Virus record (IMG/VR): IMGVR_UViG_3300020045_000950
Location: 1 to 33,613 of that record
Direction: 5' to 3' (one strand)
Length of the DNA stretch: 33,613 nt
DNA from: a virus
Taxonomy: Duplodnaviria > Caudoviricetes
Shown one piece after another: positions 1 through 7,524 of this stretch. Each line of letters begins with the position of its first letter. Positions within the stretch are counted from its first letter, which is position 1. Under the pieces are notes generated by a model. The model saw only the letters and a list, made by a program, of their open reading frames with translations, was not told where the DNA came from and did not search any database. Made by a program: the position numbers and the translations under genes.

Positions 1-449
1 ACCACTGTGGGGAGCTGGTGCACATCTCGGTGATGACCTGCCCGTCGTGCGGTGAGCAATTCCCCGAGCCGGTCAAGAAGGCGATGGTGTTGAGAAACGA
101 CGACATCATGGGGCTGGAGGGCAAGGAGCTGGAGGTCAGCAGCTGGGGGTGGCGCAAGCACATCAGCAAGGCCTCGGGCATCGAGATGCTGGCTGTGACG
201 TATTACGGTGGGCTGAGTGATGCGCCGATCACTGAATACTTGCCGATCATGCACGAGGGATATGCTGGCCAGAAGGCGATGGGCCTGCTGTTGAGCATTG
301 CGAACAGCGCCAGCATTGTGCCTGGTGGCCTGAAAGTGCAGACGATGGTGGAGATGGTGCAGAACATGAACAACGCCACGCCGCCGAAGCTGATCGAGTA
401 CCGCAAGGACGGAAAATTTTACAGAGTGATGAAACGGAGCTGGGAATGA
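1..449 (+). CDS. C-terminal fragment of RadD/YejH-like superfamily-2 helicase (5' truncated)
   Basis: Frame is open from position 3 (HCGELVHISVMTCPSCG, zinc-ribbon cysteines) and ends KDGKFYRV. This resembles the C-terminus of phage RadD/YejH-like helicases; a VRR-NUC gene follows. The helicase motifs themselves are outside the window. Confidence 0.65.
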   Translation, partial: HCGELVHISVMTCPSCGEQFPEPVKKAMVLRNDDIMGLEGKELEVSSWGWRKHISKASGIEMLAVTYYGGLSDAPITEYLPIMHEGYAGQKAMGLLLSIANSASIVPGGLKVQTMVEMVQNMNNATPPKLIEYRKDGKFYRVMKRSWE

Positions 450-595
450 TGATCGACGAATTGGTGAAGGCGCAAAAGCTGCGCGTGTGTGATTTGTGCA
501 AGCTGGCCAAGGAGCCGAGAGGCGGGATTGAGCTGCGTGCGAAGTGGCACTGCGCCCGGTGCTGGGTGAAGGCAATGCAGAAGGGGCTGAAATGA
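446..595 (+). CDS. Small CxxC...CxxC zinc-finger protein, 49 aa (not in ORF track)
   Basis: Hand translation MMIDELVKAQKLRVCDLCKLAKEPRGGIELRAKWHCARCWVKAMQKGLK; ATGA overlaps with both neighbours. Confidence 0.75.
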   Translation: MMIDELVKAQKLRVCDLCKLAKEPRGGIELRAKWHCARCWVKAMQKGLK

Positions 596-786
596 GCAGA
601 CACGCCGAACCCGAGTTCTTGGTCCAGTGGCGCGAGTGGGATCGCGCTGGGCCGCCACGCTGCTGCCACACCTGTGAGCATTACGGCAACGATGGGCTGT
701 GTGTGGAGTTCTTCATGAAGCCGCCAAAGGAGTTTGCCGATACGGTGGGCGAGTGCCCGAAATGGGAGCGCGAATGTCCATTCTGA
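592..786 (+). CDS. Small Cys-rich hypothetical protein, 64 aa
   Basis: ATG at 592 overlaps the previous stop; CCHTC...C...C pattern. Confidence 0.7.
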   Translation: MSRHAEPEFLVQWREWDRAGPPRCCHTCEHYGNDGLCVEFFMKPPKEFADTVGECPKWERECPF

Positions 787-1139
787 CTGACCGAATCCCG
801 ACCGAACACGAAGAACAGCGCGAGCTGGTGCGCTGGTTTCGCCAGACGTACAAAGGGGTGCGGATCTTTGCGATCCCGAATGGTGGGGCGCGAAGCCCTG
901 CCACTGCTGGACGCTTGAAGGCCGAGGGCGTTTCCTCTGGCGTGCCTGATCTGTGCATCCCTGCCTGGAAGCTGTGGGTGGAGATGAAGCGCACGAAGGG
1001 CGGGAGCGTGAGCCCAGAGCAAAAGGACTGGATCAAATACCTCGAAGATGTGGGTTATTGTGTTAAAGTGTGCAAAGGTGCTGAGGCTGCAAAAAAGCAG
1101 ATTCAGGCCTTTGTAACCATTGAAAATTTAACGGAGTGA
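774..1139 (+). CDS. VRR-NUC domain nuclease (Holliday-junction resolvase-like)
   Basis: TEHEEQ...AIPNGG...LKAEGVSSGVPDL...WVEMK...SPEQKDW: PD-(D/E)xK VRR-NUC signature. ATG at 774 preferred over the track start. Confidence 0.9.
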   Translation: MSILTDRIPTEHEEQRELVRWFRQTYKGVRIFAIPNGGARSPATAGRLKAEGVSSGVPDLCIPAWKLWVEMKRTKGGSVSPEQKDWIKYLEDVGYCVKVCKGAEAAKKQIQAFVTIENLTE

Positions 1140-1144
1140 AACCC

Positions 1145-1384
1145 ATGAGCACACGCATTTACCTGGTCACCGATGTGGAGACCAACAAGCACCGCCTGAT
1201 CCGCGCCAGCAACCAGGCGCAGGCGATCAAGTACGCAGCCCAGACCCGGTTCGACATCGAGGTGGCTGGCCAAGATGACCTGGTGAGCCTGTTGACTGGT
1301 GGCACGGCCATCGAGCTGGCTGGAGCTGGGGCCACGATGGACATGTTCGAGGAAGCGATCGGCAACGCTGGGGGGACAGACTGA
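1145..1384 (+). CDS. Hypothetical phage protein
   Basis: GGAG ribosome-binding site at 1133-1136, ATG 1145; coupled to the next gene by TGATG. Confidence 0.75.
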   Translation: MSTRIYLVTDVETNKHRLIRASNQAQAIKYAAQTRFDIEVAGQDDLVSLLTGGTAIELAGAGATMDMFEEAIGNAGGTD

Positions 1385-1542
1385 TGACCACCGAAAAAGT
1401 GAAAGATCGTTACATGACGATGCGGCTTCCGGCCGATGTGGAGCGTGAGCTGCGCAAGATGGCCGAGGCGAATACGCGCACGCTGGCTGCGCAGATCCTG
1501 CACTACGTGAAGCAGGGACTGGCGAAGGAGGTGAAAGCATGA
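1384..1542 (+). CDS. Arc/MetJ-like ribbon-helix-helix DNA-binding protein, 52 aa (not in ORF track)
   Basis: Hand translation MTTEKVKDRYMTMRLPADVERELRKMAEANTRTLAAQILHYVKQGLAKEVKA; strand + RLP + helix + R(S/T)xxxxI helix pattern of Arc; overlaps both neighbours. Confidence 0.8.
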   Translation: MTTEKVKDRYMTMRLPADVERELRKMAEANTRTLAAQILHYVKQGLAKEVKA

Positions 1543-2168
1543 GCAAGCCTGATCCATACGCAAGCGTGACGGAAACGCTGTCGCTGTTGAAGCCTGACAA
1601 GCGGAGCATGGCCGAGATCACCATCGACCGAATGGTGGACGAGCTGGGAGCCTGGGAGCAGGGGGCCGAGCCTTTTGTGGTGGCACGCCAGATCGCTGTG
1701 GCTTTGCTGGAGGAGATTCAGACGAGCAACTTCAAGCGCACCGCTGCCTGGTTGAAGGCCTGCGGAAAAGAGCCGAGCGCCGAGAACATGAGTGTGCAGG
1801 TGGGTTGCATGATCGAGGAGTTCTGCGAGCTGCTGTCGTGCCTACGTACCGACTCTGAGGGCTATGGCAAGCTGATGGATCGCACGCGCCTCGACTTGGA
1901 GTGGTTCGCCAGCAAGTTGAAGCGCCGCGACCAGGAGATCTACATCCCGCACCACCTGCGCACCGATGCCCTGGACGCTCTGTGCGACATCGAGGTCACT
2001 GCCAATGGCGTGGCTTACCTGGCCGAAATGGACAAGCCTGGTGCAGACCGTGCTGTGCTGGACTCCAACGACGCCAAGCTGGTCGATGGCAAGCCGGTGA
2101 TCTTGGAGGGTGGAAAGATCGGAAAGCCTGCCGGTTGGACTGCGCCAGATCTGCGGGGGTTTGTATGA
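1539..2168 (+). CDS. MazG/PRA-PH-like all-alpha NTP pyrophosphohydrolase
   Basis: EEFCE and DALDALCD acidic motifs, SNDAK...GKIGKPAGWTAPDL tail typical of phage MazG/dUTPase-like proteins. Confidence 0.85.
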   Translation: MSKPDPYASVTETLSLLKPDKRSMAEITIDRMVDELGAWEQGAEPFVVARQIAVALLEEIQTSNFKRTAAWLKACGKEPSAENMSVQVGCMIEEFCELLSCLRTDSEGYGKLMDRTRLDLEWFASKLKRRDQEIYIPHHLRTDALDALCDIEVTANGVAYLAEMDKPGADRAVLDSNDAKLVDGKPVILEGGKIGKPAGWTAPDLRGFV

Positions 2169-2662
2169 AGAAGGCCGGGAAGAGACGCCCGGCCCAAAGG
2201 GAGAAGCGCTACACGATCATCGACGAGATGATGGCCAGCCCGACCGAGCCGCTTCCTGTGGCCTGGAAAACGTACCAGCTCACACGGATGTACGAAGGCC
2301 TGGCTGCAATGGAAAAAGCGCCAAGCCCTACGACTGACGACTGGCGGGTGGTGTCGGATGCGGTCAACCTGATGGAGACCCTGATCGAGACCATGCAAGT
2401 GTGCGAGGACTCGTCGGGCCTGCTGATGGATGCCATCACCGCGATGGCCATGGCCGGAAAACGCAACACGGCTGGAGGCGCGATCCGTTTGGATGGTGCT
2501 GGCATCCAGGCCGTGCGTGCTGTGCTGGAGGATTACGCCGCGCTGCTGGATGTGTTGTCTGCACGCACCATGATTCGCTGCCACCGCCTGACTGAAAAGC
2601 GCCTGCATGAGCTGCTGGATGGGAAGCGCAAGCCGCACGATGTGGAGGTGACATCGTTATAA
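2165..2662 (+). CDS. Hypothetical helical phage protein
   Basis: ATGA overlap at 2165 gives MKKAGKRRP...; the track start at 1901 lies inside the MazG-like gene. Confidence 0.75.
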   Translation: MKKAGKRRPAQREKRYTIIDEMMASPTEPLPVAWKTYQLTRMYEGLAAMEKAPSPTTDDWRVVSDAVNLMETLIETMQVCEDSSGLLMDAITAMAMAGKRNTAGGAIRLDGAGIQAVRAVLEDYAALLDVLSARTMIRCHRLTEKRLHELLDGKRKPHDVEVTSL

Positions 2663-2713
2663 GGGTTTGTCCCAATAATAAATGTGTGAAATTGTGGGAA
2701 GTGGTGATATACT
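2657..2713 (+). promoter_or_regulatory. Putative extended -10 promoter with upstream imperfect inverted repeat
   Basis: AT-rich gap; TG-a-TATACT at 2705-2713; TTATAAGGG-TTTGT-CCCAATAA at 2657-2678; weak -35. Confidence 0.5.
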
Positions 2714-2748
2714 TGAGCCATCAACAACCAACCAGCAAGGAGCTGACC

Positions 2749-3069
2749 GTGATCAAGTTCAACAAATTCAACGTGACAAATGGTACTGACAAAGCCAAGG
2801 TGCATTACAGCCTTGATAACCGCTTTGATGGCCGCGCTTGTGTGACTATTTACGCCAAGGAATACGACCGTACCCTGGGCCATATCTTCTTTGAGGAATA
2901 CATCAACAACACGGACACGATGACCGACTATTTCGACAAGGGTCGTGTGGTGTTGTTTGCTGACCATCCTTTATATGCCGCTGCCCGTGCGCGTGCTGAG
3001 GATGTGGCCGCTGAACAAAAAGCAAAGTACGAAGCACGCCGCGCATCTTGGAACTTGGCCGCAGCTTAA
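2749..3069 (+). CDS. Hypothetical early protein
   Basis: AAGGAG at 2737-2742 followed by GTG at 2749. Confidence 0.75.
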   Translation: MIKFNKFNVTNGTDKAKVHYSLDNRFDGRACVTIYAKEYDRTLGHIFFEEYINNTDTMTDYFDKGRVVLFADHPLYAAARARAEDVAAEQKAKYEARRASWNLAAA

Positions 3070-3075
3070 TCAACC

Positions 3076-3090
3076 GGGGCCACTGGCCCC
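3076..3090. repeat. Perfect palindrome GGGGCCA-C-TGGCCCC (hairpin or operator)
   Basis: Read directly; intergenic, followed by ACCTTTT and the next RBS. Confidence 0.6.
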
Positions 3091-3107
3091 ACCTTTTGGA
3101 GAACGAC

Positions 3108-3203
3108 ATGAAACAACACATCGAAACCCTTCTTGACTACCTCACCGCCGTTGCCATTGGCGTCGGCATGGCCGCATTGCTGGTCGCGTGGTGGTCGTCA
3201 TGA
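3108..3203 (+). CDS. 31-aa single-pass membrane peptide (not in ORF track)
   Basis: GGAG RBS; MKQHIETLLDYLTAVAIGVGMAALLVAWWSS; ATGA overlap with the next gene. Confidence 0.7.
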   Translation: MKQHIETLLDYLTAVAIGVGMAALLVAWWSS

Positions 3204-3502
3204 GCTGCATGAACACCATGATGATGAACAGCCGCCAGGATGATGAGGACAGTGCTGAGGCGCTGGCCTTTGCAATCGAGGCGCGAGCTGCTGAACTGCT
3301 GACGCATGGCGAGGCCTGCGATCCGCTGGATGGCTTCAATATTTGCGAGGCTTATGGCGAGGCCACCACCAACGAGAAGATGGTCATGGCCAAAATGCTG
3401 GTCGAGCGCAAGTTCGACCAGGCTGGGATCTTGCTGGACATGATCACAAAAGCGTATTGGGCAAAGATGGCCGATGAGATGGCCGAGAAGGAACTGACAT
3501 GA
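3200..3502 (+). CDS. Hypothetical protein
   Basis: ATGA-coupled on both sides. Confidence 0.7.
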   Translation: MSCMNTMMMNSRQDDEDSAEALAFAIEARAAELLTHGEACDPLDGFNICEAYGEATTNEKMVMAKMLVERKFDQAGILLDMITKAYWAKMADEMAEKELT

Positions 3503-3708
3503 TTCGAGAGATGTACAACTGGGTGCGAAACGCCTACACGACACCGAGCGCCGAGGTGCTGGCATTGCGTGAACTGGAGGAGGCCAAGCGCAGCCTGCTG
3601 GAGACCCAGTCAGCCCGTGAATACGCTGACAGCATGTGTAAGTACCGTGAGGCGCAGATCAAGCGCCTGACGGCCTACCTGCACAAGGCCACTGAGGTGG
3701 ACGCATGA
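3499..3708 (+). CDS. Hypothetical coiled-coil protein
   Basis: ATGA-coupled; helical pattern ALRELEEAKRSLLE. Confidence 0.7.
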   Translation: MIREMYNWVRNAYTTPSAEVLALRELEEAKRSLLETQSAREYADSMCKYREAQIKRLTAYLHKATEVDA

Positions 3709-3902
3709 GAACAACCATCGAGATGGCGCGGGAGGCTGGCATACGGGACTGCACCTGCGATGGGGCGCGGGGATGCCTTGAACGTTTTGCAGAGCTTGTC
3801 CGTGCTGACGAGCGCAACAGTTGGCCCTCAGAGATGGAAGCAATGGAGCGACAGGTCAACATCCTGACCGATGCACTGGCAGAAGCTAGGAGCAAGCCGT
3901 GA
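3705..3902 (+). CDS. Hypothetical protein
   Basis: GAGG RBS, ATGA overlap; IEMAREAG...LERFAELVRADER. Confidence 0.7.
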   Translation: MRTTIEMAREAGIRDCTCDGARGCLERFAELVRADERNSWPSEMEAMERQVNILTDALAEARSKP

Positions 3903-4114
3903 ACTGCTGCGGCGAGAATGGAAACTGCAACCAGGGCCGCGACTGCCCGGTGCGCGTGGCCAAGGTTGGCCAAAGGGTGCACGGGCCTGAGCTGTTGCCG
4001 CCGAGTGTGTGGCGCTACCAGCTCAAGCGCTTGGCGTACTGGGTGCTGATGGGCATCCTGGGGATGCTGTGGCTGGCCTTCCTGGTGGCCTGCACCTACG
4101 CTTATGCAAACTGA
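3899..4114 (+). CDS. Hypothetical protein with Cys-rich N-terminus and C-terminal TM helix
   Basis: GTGA overlap; CC...CNQGRDCP; hydrophobic C-terminus. Confidence 0.65.
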   Translation: MNCCGENGNCNQGRDCPVRVAKVGQRVHGPELLPPSVWRYQLKRLAYWVLMGILGMLWLAFLVACTYAYAN

Positions 4115-4539
4115 CGGGTGCCAGCCTTGTCGATAATCAGCGCCTGCTTTCGTGGGCTGGTGTCCACGCTATTGGGCACGCTGATGTGGGTCCAGCGATC
4201 AAACTCGCGGATGACCTGATCGTAGCCAATGCCGCTGGCCACGATCTTGCGCACCACTTCGTCTGGGGTCATGCCTGGCACACGGAAATCGGCAGCGCAG
4301 CCGATGCGGTGTTGGCTGGTGTCCCTGCTGCCCACTGCGTCGTTGACCTTCTTTGTGCGCAGTCCTGAGCTGATCATGATGGGCTTGCCACCCAGAACGA
4401 CTTTGACCTGCTCCAAGAAGTCCGCAAGCCTGGTGAGGTTGGCCAGCTCCTGATCGTTGGGGCTGTTGTCCCAGCCGTTGCGTTCGGCCGTCTCGCTGGC
4501 CGTAAGTTCTTCCAAGGTGAAGTGGGGGGTTAAGTTCAT
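4102..4539 (-). CDS. Endolysin, peptidase M15 (Zn peptidase) family
   Basis: LTPHFTLEEL...ISSGLR...VNDAVG...SQHRIGCAAD...WTHIS: His/Asp/His zinc ligands; last gene of the late arm. Confidence 0.9.
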   Translation of the reverse strand: MNLTPHFTLEELTASETAERNGWDNSPNDQELANLTRLADFLEQVKVVLGGKPIMISSGLRTKKVNDAVGSRDTSQHRIGCAADFRVPGMTPDEVVRKIVASGIGYDQVIREFDRWTHISVPNSVDTSPRKQALIIDKAGTRQFA

Positions 4540-5033
4540 TTCACTGGCCCTGTTTTTGAGAGTAAGTCGGTCTTGGCTTGCGAGCCTGCGCTGGAGCCAA
4601 AATAATACGCAATGATGCCAGTCCAGGCTGTGCCCAGGCTGCCGAGCATCATGAGAATGGCTGGGTTGTTGCTGTCGATCTGGTTGAAGAACATCATCAC
4701 CATGATGCCGAAGAAGCCTATGGTCACAGCGCCTGCCAAGATGGGGGGCATCATTGACCTGGTGGTGGCCTGCATCTCGCGTGCTGACTTTCTGTCCTCG
4801 ACCTCCAGCTTGGCGAAGTTCAAGCCCAGCTCTTGGGCCTGCTTCTGAAGTTCGATCTCGGCCAGCTTGACCTGGGCGATCTGCTCGGCTGACAGCTTGT
4901 TGTTGGCGATCATGTCCTGAACTTGGTCAGGCTCAACGCCAACGGCTTTGGAGATAGCCGAGACCGCCATGCCTGCCAATGGGCCACCAAGCGCCGTTGC
5001 GATGGTGGGTGCGATTTGTTTGAGCCAGTCCAT
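4536..5033 (-). CDS. Holin candidate (GTA 3TM-holin-like)
   Basis: APTIATALGGP N-terminus, DRKSAREMQ, two C-terminal TM helices ending YYFGSS; coupled to the endolysin. Confidence 0.7.
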   Translation of the reverse strand: MDWLKQIAPTIATALGGPLAGMAVSAISKAVGVEPDQVQDMIANNKLSAEQIAQVKLAEIELQKQAQELGLNFAKLEVEDRKSAREMQATTRSMMPPILAGAVTIGFFGIMVMMFFNQIDSNNPAILMMLGSLGTAWTGIIAYYFGSSAGSQAKTDLLSKTGPVK

Positions 5034-5651
5034 TTAATTTCCTCTTTTGGTTAGCATGGTGCTGGCGATCTCCAGCATGAATTTGGCCTGCTCCAGATCC
5101 TCTGGAGGCTGTGGCCACCCGACTGTGACCTGGCCGACGAATCTGGGGCTGTCTGGTGGCACGCTCACCCGACAGGTGAAGGTGACGCCCTTCTCGATGT
5201 ACCAGAGCCCGACCTCGGACTGCGCGTAGCGGTACTCACCGCACGGGATCTCGTTGGTCATGAGCTTGACGACATCGCTGTTGTTGGGTGCGCTGTGGGT
5301 GAACAGGCCGACGTCGATGTCCTCGATGCTCTTGTCCCTGCCGTCCTTGGTGTAGGCCCGATACAACACCCGGCTGTTGAACAGTGGGTTTACCTTGAAG
5401 ATGGCGACCACTGCTGCGCCGGTGTGTTTGAACAGGACTGCGCTGGCCTCGTCTGTCCTGGCCGTGTTGATCTCTGGCAGCTTCTTGGACTCTTTGTAGG
5501 CGTCCATCATGAAGGTCTGGTTCTGCCACAGAAAGTACCCGGCAAAGGCCACCACGCCCATGATGAGGATGGCGAACAGCTTGAACGGCGAGTCCACATA
5601 CCCGAGTACCTTGTCGAGGGTTGAGTTGGCGTTTAGCTTTTCTTCGCTCAT
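5034..5651 (-). CDS. Single-TM protein with predicted periplasmic GAF-like domain; T4 holin T-like
   Basis: One N-terminal TM (FKLFAILIMGVVAFAGYFLW) then about 160 aa alpha/beta domain ending CRVSVPP...FVGQVTVGW...helix. Segment-wise resemblance to T4 T as recalled from memory. Confidence 0.55.
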   Translation of the reverse strand: MSEEKLNANSTLDKVLGYVDSPFKLFAILIMGVVAFAGYFLWQNQTFMMDAYKESKKLPEINTARTDEASAVLFKHTGAAVVAIFKVNPLFNSRVLYRAYTKDGRDKSIEDIDVGLFTHSAPNNSDVVKLMTNEIPCGEYRYAQSEVGLWYIEKGVTFTCRVSVPPDSPRFVGQVTVGWPQPPEDLEQAKFMLEIASTMLTKRGN

Positions 5652-6094
5652 CGCAGGTTCTTCAAGTAGATGACTAGGCCGCCGATCATGAGACCAGCCA
5701 GAACAATGACCGCCATGCCGATGGCGATGTACTCGACCATCTGCTCCAGTTGGGCCGCCCTGCGAGCCTTTTCACGGGCAATGGCTTCTGCCGCCTCACG
5801 ACGCTGCCTGGCTGCCTGGGCTTGGAATTTAAGCCAGTCCGTCCACATGCCTGGCCGACCTGCGTAGACCATGCGCTCGCGCAGATCTTCTTCTTGCTGC
5901 CTGAGCTGCTCCAGCGCCATGAACTCGGCAAGATCAGAGCCGCCACCCTTTTTGGTGGCGTTCTCTTGAATCTTTGCCTTGTTGTCGAAGTAGTCGAAAA
6001 CACGTGAGCCGAGCTGGTGCAGCTCTTTGCCATTGGCAAGCGCCGCCTTGATGACAGAGAACGCTGCGTTCGCTGCTGCGATCTCAGCCAGCAT
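5648..6094 (-). CDS. Hypothetical membrane protein (coiled coil + C-terminal TM)
   Basis: Helical body, hydrophobic YIAIGMAVIVLAGLMIGGLVIYL; lies in the lysis block. Confidence 0.7.
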   Translation of the reverse strand: MLAEIAAANAAFSVIKAALANGKELHQLGSRVFDYFDNKAKIQENATKKGGGSDLAEFMALEQLRQQEEDLRERMVYAGRPGMWTDWLKFQAQAARQRREAAEAIAREKARRAAQLEQMVEYIAIGMAVIVLAGLMIGGLVIYLKNLR

Positions 6095-6095
6095 C

Positions 6096-6311
6096 TCAAA
6101 CGCCCTTCATGTGCCCAGCAATCCACGCCACGACAGCGCCAACGGATGACGCGATAGTCATGCCCATCCAGAAGCCGCCGCGCCCTTTGTTGGCGAGCGC
6201 GAGCAGCTCCTCGACGTTGCGTTCCATCTTGTCCACCTTCTTGTCCATGTCCTGGACTTTCTGCCAAAGCACACCGTACTTCACCAGGTCGATCTCGTTA
6301 CCATCCGCCAT
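6096..6311 (-). CDS. Small coiled-coil + C-terminal TM protein (XhlA/holin-like architecture)
   Basis: GGAGG RBS before ATG 6311; VQDMDKKVDKMERNVEELL then GGFWMGMTIASSVGAVVAWI. Confidence 0.7.
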   Translation of the reverse strand: MADGNEIDLVKYGVLWQKVQDMDKKVDKMERNVEELLALANKGRGGFWMGMTIASSVGAVVAWIAGHMKGV

Positions 6312-6329
6312 GACGTCGGCCTCCAACAC

Positions 6330-6683
6330 TTAGATGCCTTCGCCAGGCGTGACGTAGACGGTGGTCGCGCCTGAGGCCAGGCCGCTAAAGAAGGTGTCGA
6401 TGTTGAAGCGCAAGACCTCAACAGCGCCAGGCACCAGAACGATGGCGTCTGAGGGTGTTCCGGCCACTGGAGAAACGGCAGCGGCTTGGGCCAGTGCAGC
6501 TGTTGGGCCAGTGCCCAAGAACACGGTGTTCGAGCCTGCGTTCACAAAGCGGTATTGGCCTGTGGCTTGGGGGTTGAACTTCTCGTAGACGGGAGCCTGC
6601 ACGCCTGTTGGGGCTGTGCCTGCGGCAGCGACGACTACGGTCTTGCCTTGGGGGTTGAATGCGATTTGGCTATTGGTGGCCAT
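6330..6683 (-). CDS. Probable minor virion protein
   Basis: AAGGAG RBS; A/G/T/V-rich beta-type sequence following the fibre genes. Confidence 0.6.
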   Translation of the reverse strand: MATNSQIAFNPQGKTVVVAAAGTAPTGVQAPVYEKFNPQATGQYRFVNAGSNTVFLGTGPTAALAQAAAVSPVAGTPSDAIVLVPGAVEVLRFNIDTFFSGLASGATTVYVTPGEGI

Positions 6684-6693
6684 GCTGTTCTCC

Positions 6694-6951
6694 TTATGCG
6701 ATCACGTTGGCGTTGTAAGACTGGGCCAGCTCGTAAGAGGCGATGACCGCATCTGTGTGGACTGCTGCACACACGGCACGCACACGATCAGACTCTGCGC
6801 TGAAGTCTTGTCCTGGGGCAATTGTGCGACGCGAGAAGGCTGCGGACAGTTCGTTGCCGTCTTCCACAATTTTGGTTTTGGTTCTGACTTGCACGACGCC
6901 GGATTCGACGACTTCGATCAGGTCAACAAGGGTTTGTTTTTCGAGTGCCAT
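6694..6951 (-). CDS. Tail-fibre-associated hypothetical protein
   Basis: AAGGAG RBS; directly after the fibre-like gene. Confidence 0.6.
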   Translation of the reverse strand: MALEKQTLVDLIEVVESGVVQVRTKTKIVEDGNELSAAFSRRTIAPGQDFSAESDRVRAVCAAVHTDAVIASYELAQSYNANVIA

Positions 6952-6966
6952 TTGGATCTCCTTAAA

Positions 6967-7509
6967 TTAGGCGGTTTGATAGAAGCCACTGATTGTCATG
7001 TTGCCAGAGGTGTCGATCCCGGTCTGGCCGTTTGCACCGCCACCGACGGGAACTTCCCAGAGGTCAATGCGTGTTGCGTTGTGGTACATGCTGGCCGTGG
7101 CCCATGTGTTCGCTGTCTGCGCAATGTTTCCGATTTGACCGATGGTGATTCCATGATAGTTCGGGTTGGTGTTTTGAGAGGTGAACGGCAAGCCGCCGAC
7201 CTTCATAAAACCAGCCCCTGTGTGTGCGTTCCACTGAATATAGATGTTGAAGTAGACACGGTTACCGATCTTGGTGTATCGGCCAAGCTGGTATTGATAC
7301 GTTCCGACACCAGCGGTTACAGTACCTATGATTTCAGGAACAAACGTTCCTTCTTCATAGTCTGCCAGCAACTCGCTCGTCATCGTTCCTGTACCACTGG
7401 AAGTGACAGAAAAATCGATGCCTTTACCAGCTGTGCCGATCACCAAATTCCCATCTGTGATGGTCTGGTCTCCAAACCTTGTTGAGGGATTTCCTACAGT
7501 CTTGAGCAT
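6967..7509 (-). CDS. Short tail-fibre/receptor-binding-like protein
   Basis: GKGIDFS...DYEEGTFVP...GRYTKIGNRVY...GLPF motifs typical of phage fibre C-terminal modules. Confidence 0.65.
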   Translation of the reverse strand: MLKTVGNPSTRFGDQTITDGNLVIGTAGKGIDFSVTSSGTGTMTSELLADYEEGTFVPEIIGTVTAGVGTYQYQLGRYTKIGNRVYFNIYIQWNAHTGAGFMKVGGLPFTSQNTNPNYHGITIGQIGNIAQTANTWATASMYHNATRIDLWEVPVGGGANGQTGIDTSGNMTISGFYQTA

Positions 7510-7524
7510 GATGGTTTCCTTTGC

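Noticed and set aside
1539-2168. Z-genome (2-aminoadenine) pathway suggested by the MazG-like gene
   Set aside because: No PurZ, DatZ or DNA polymerase in the window.
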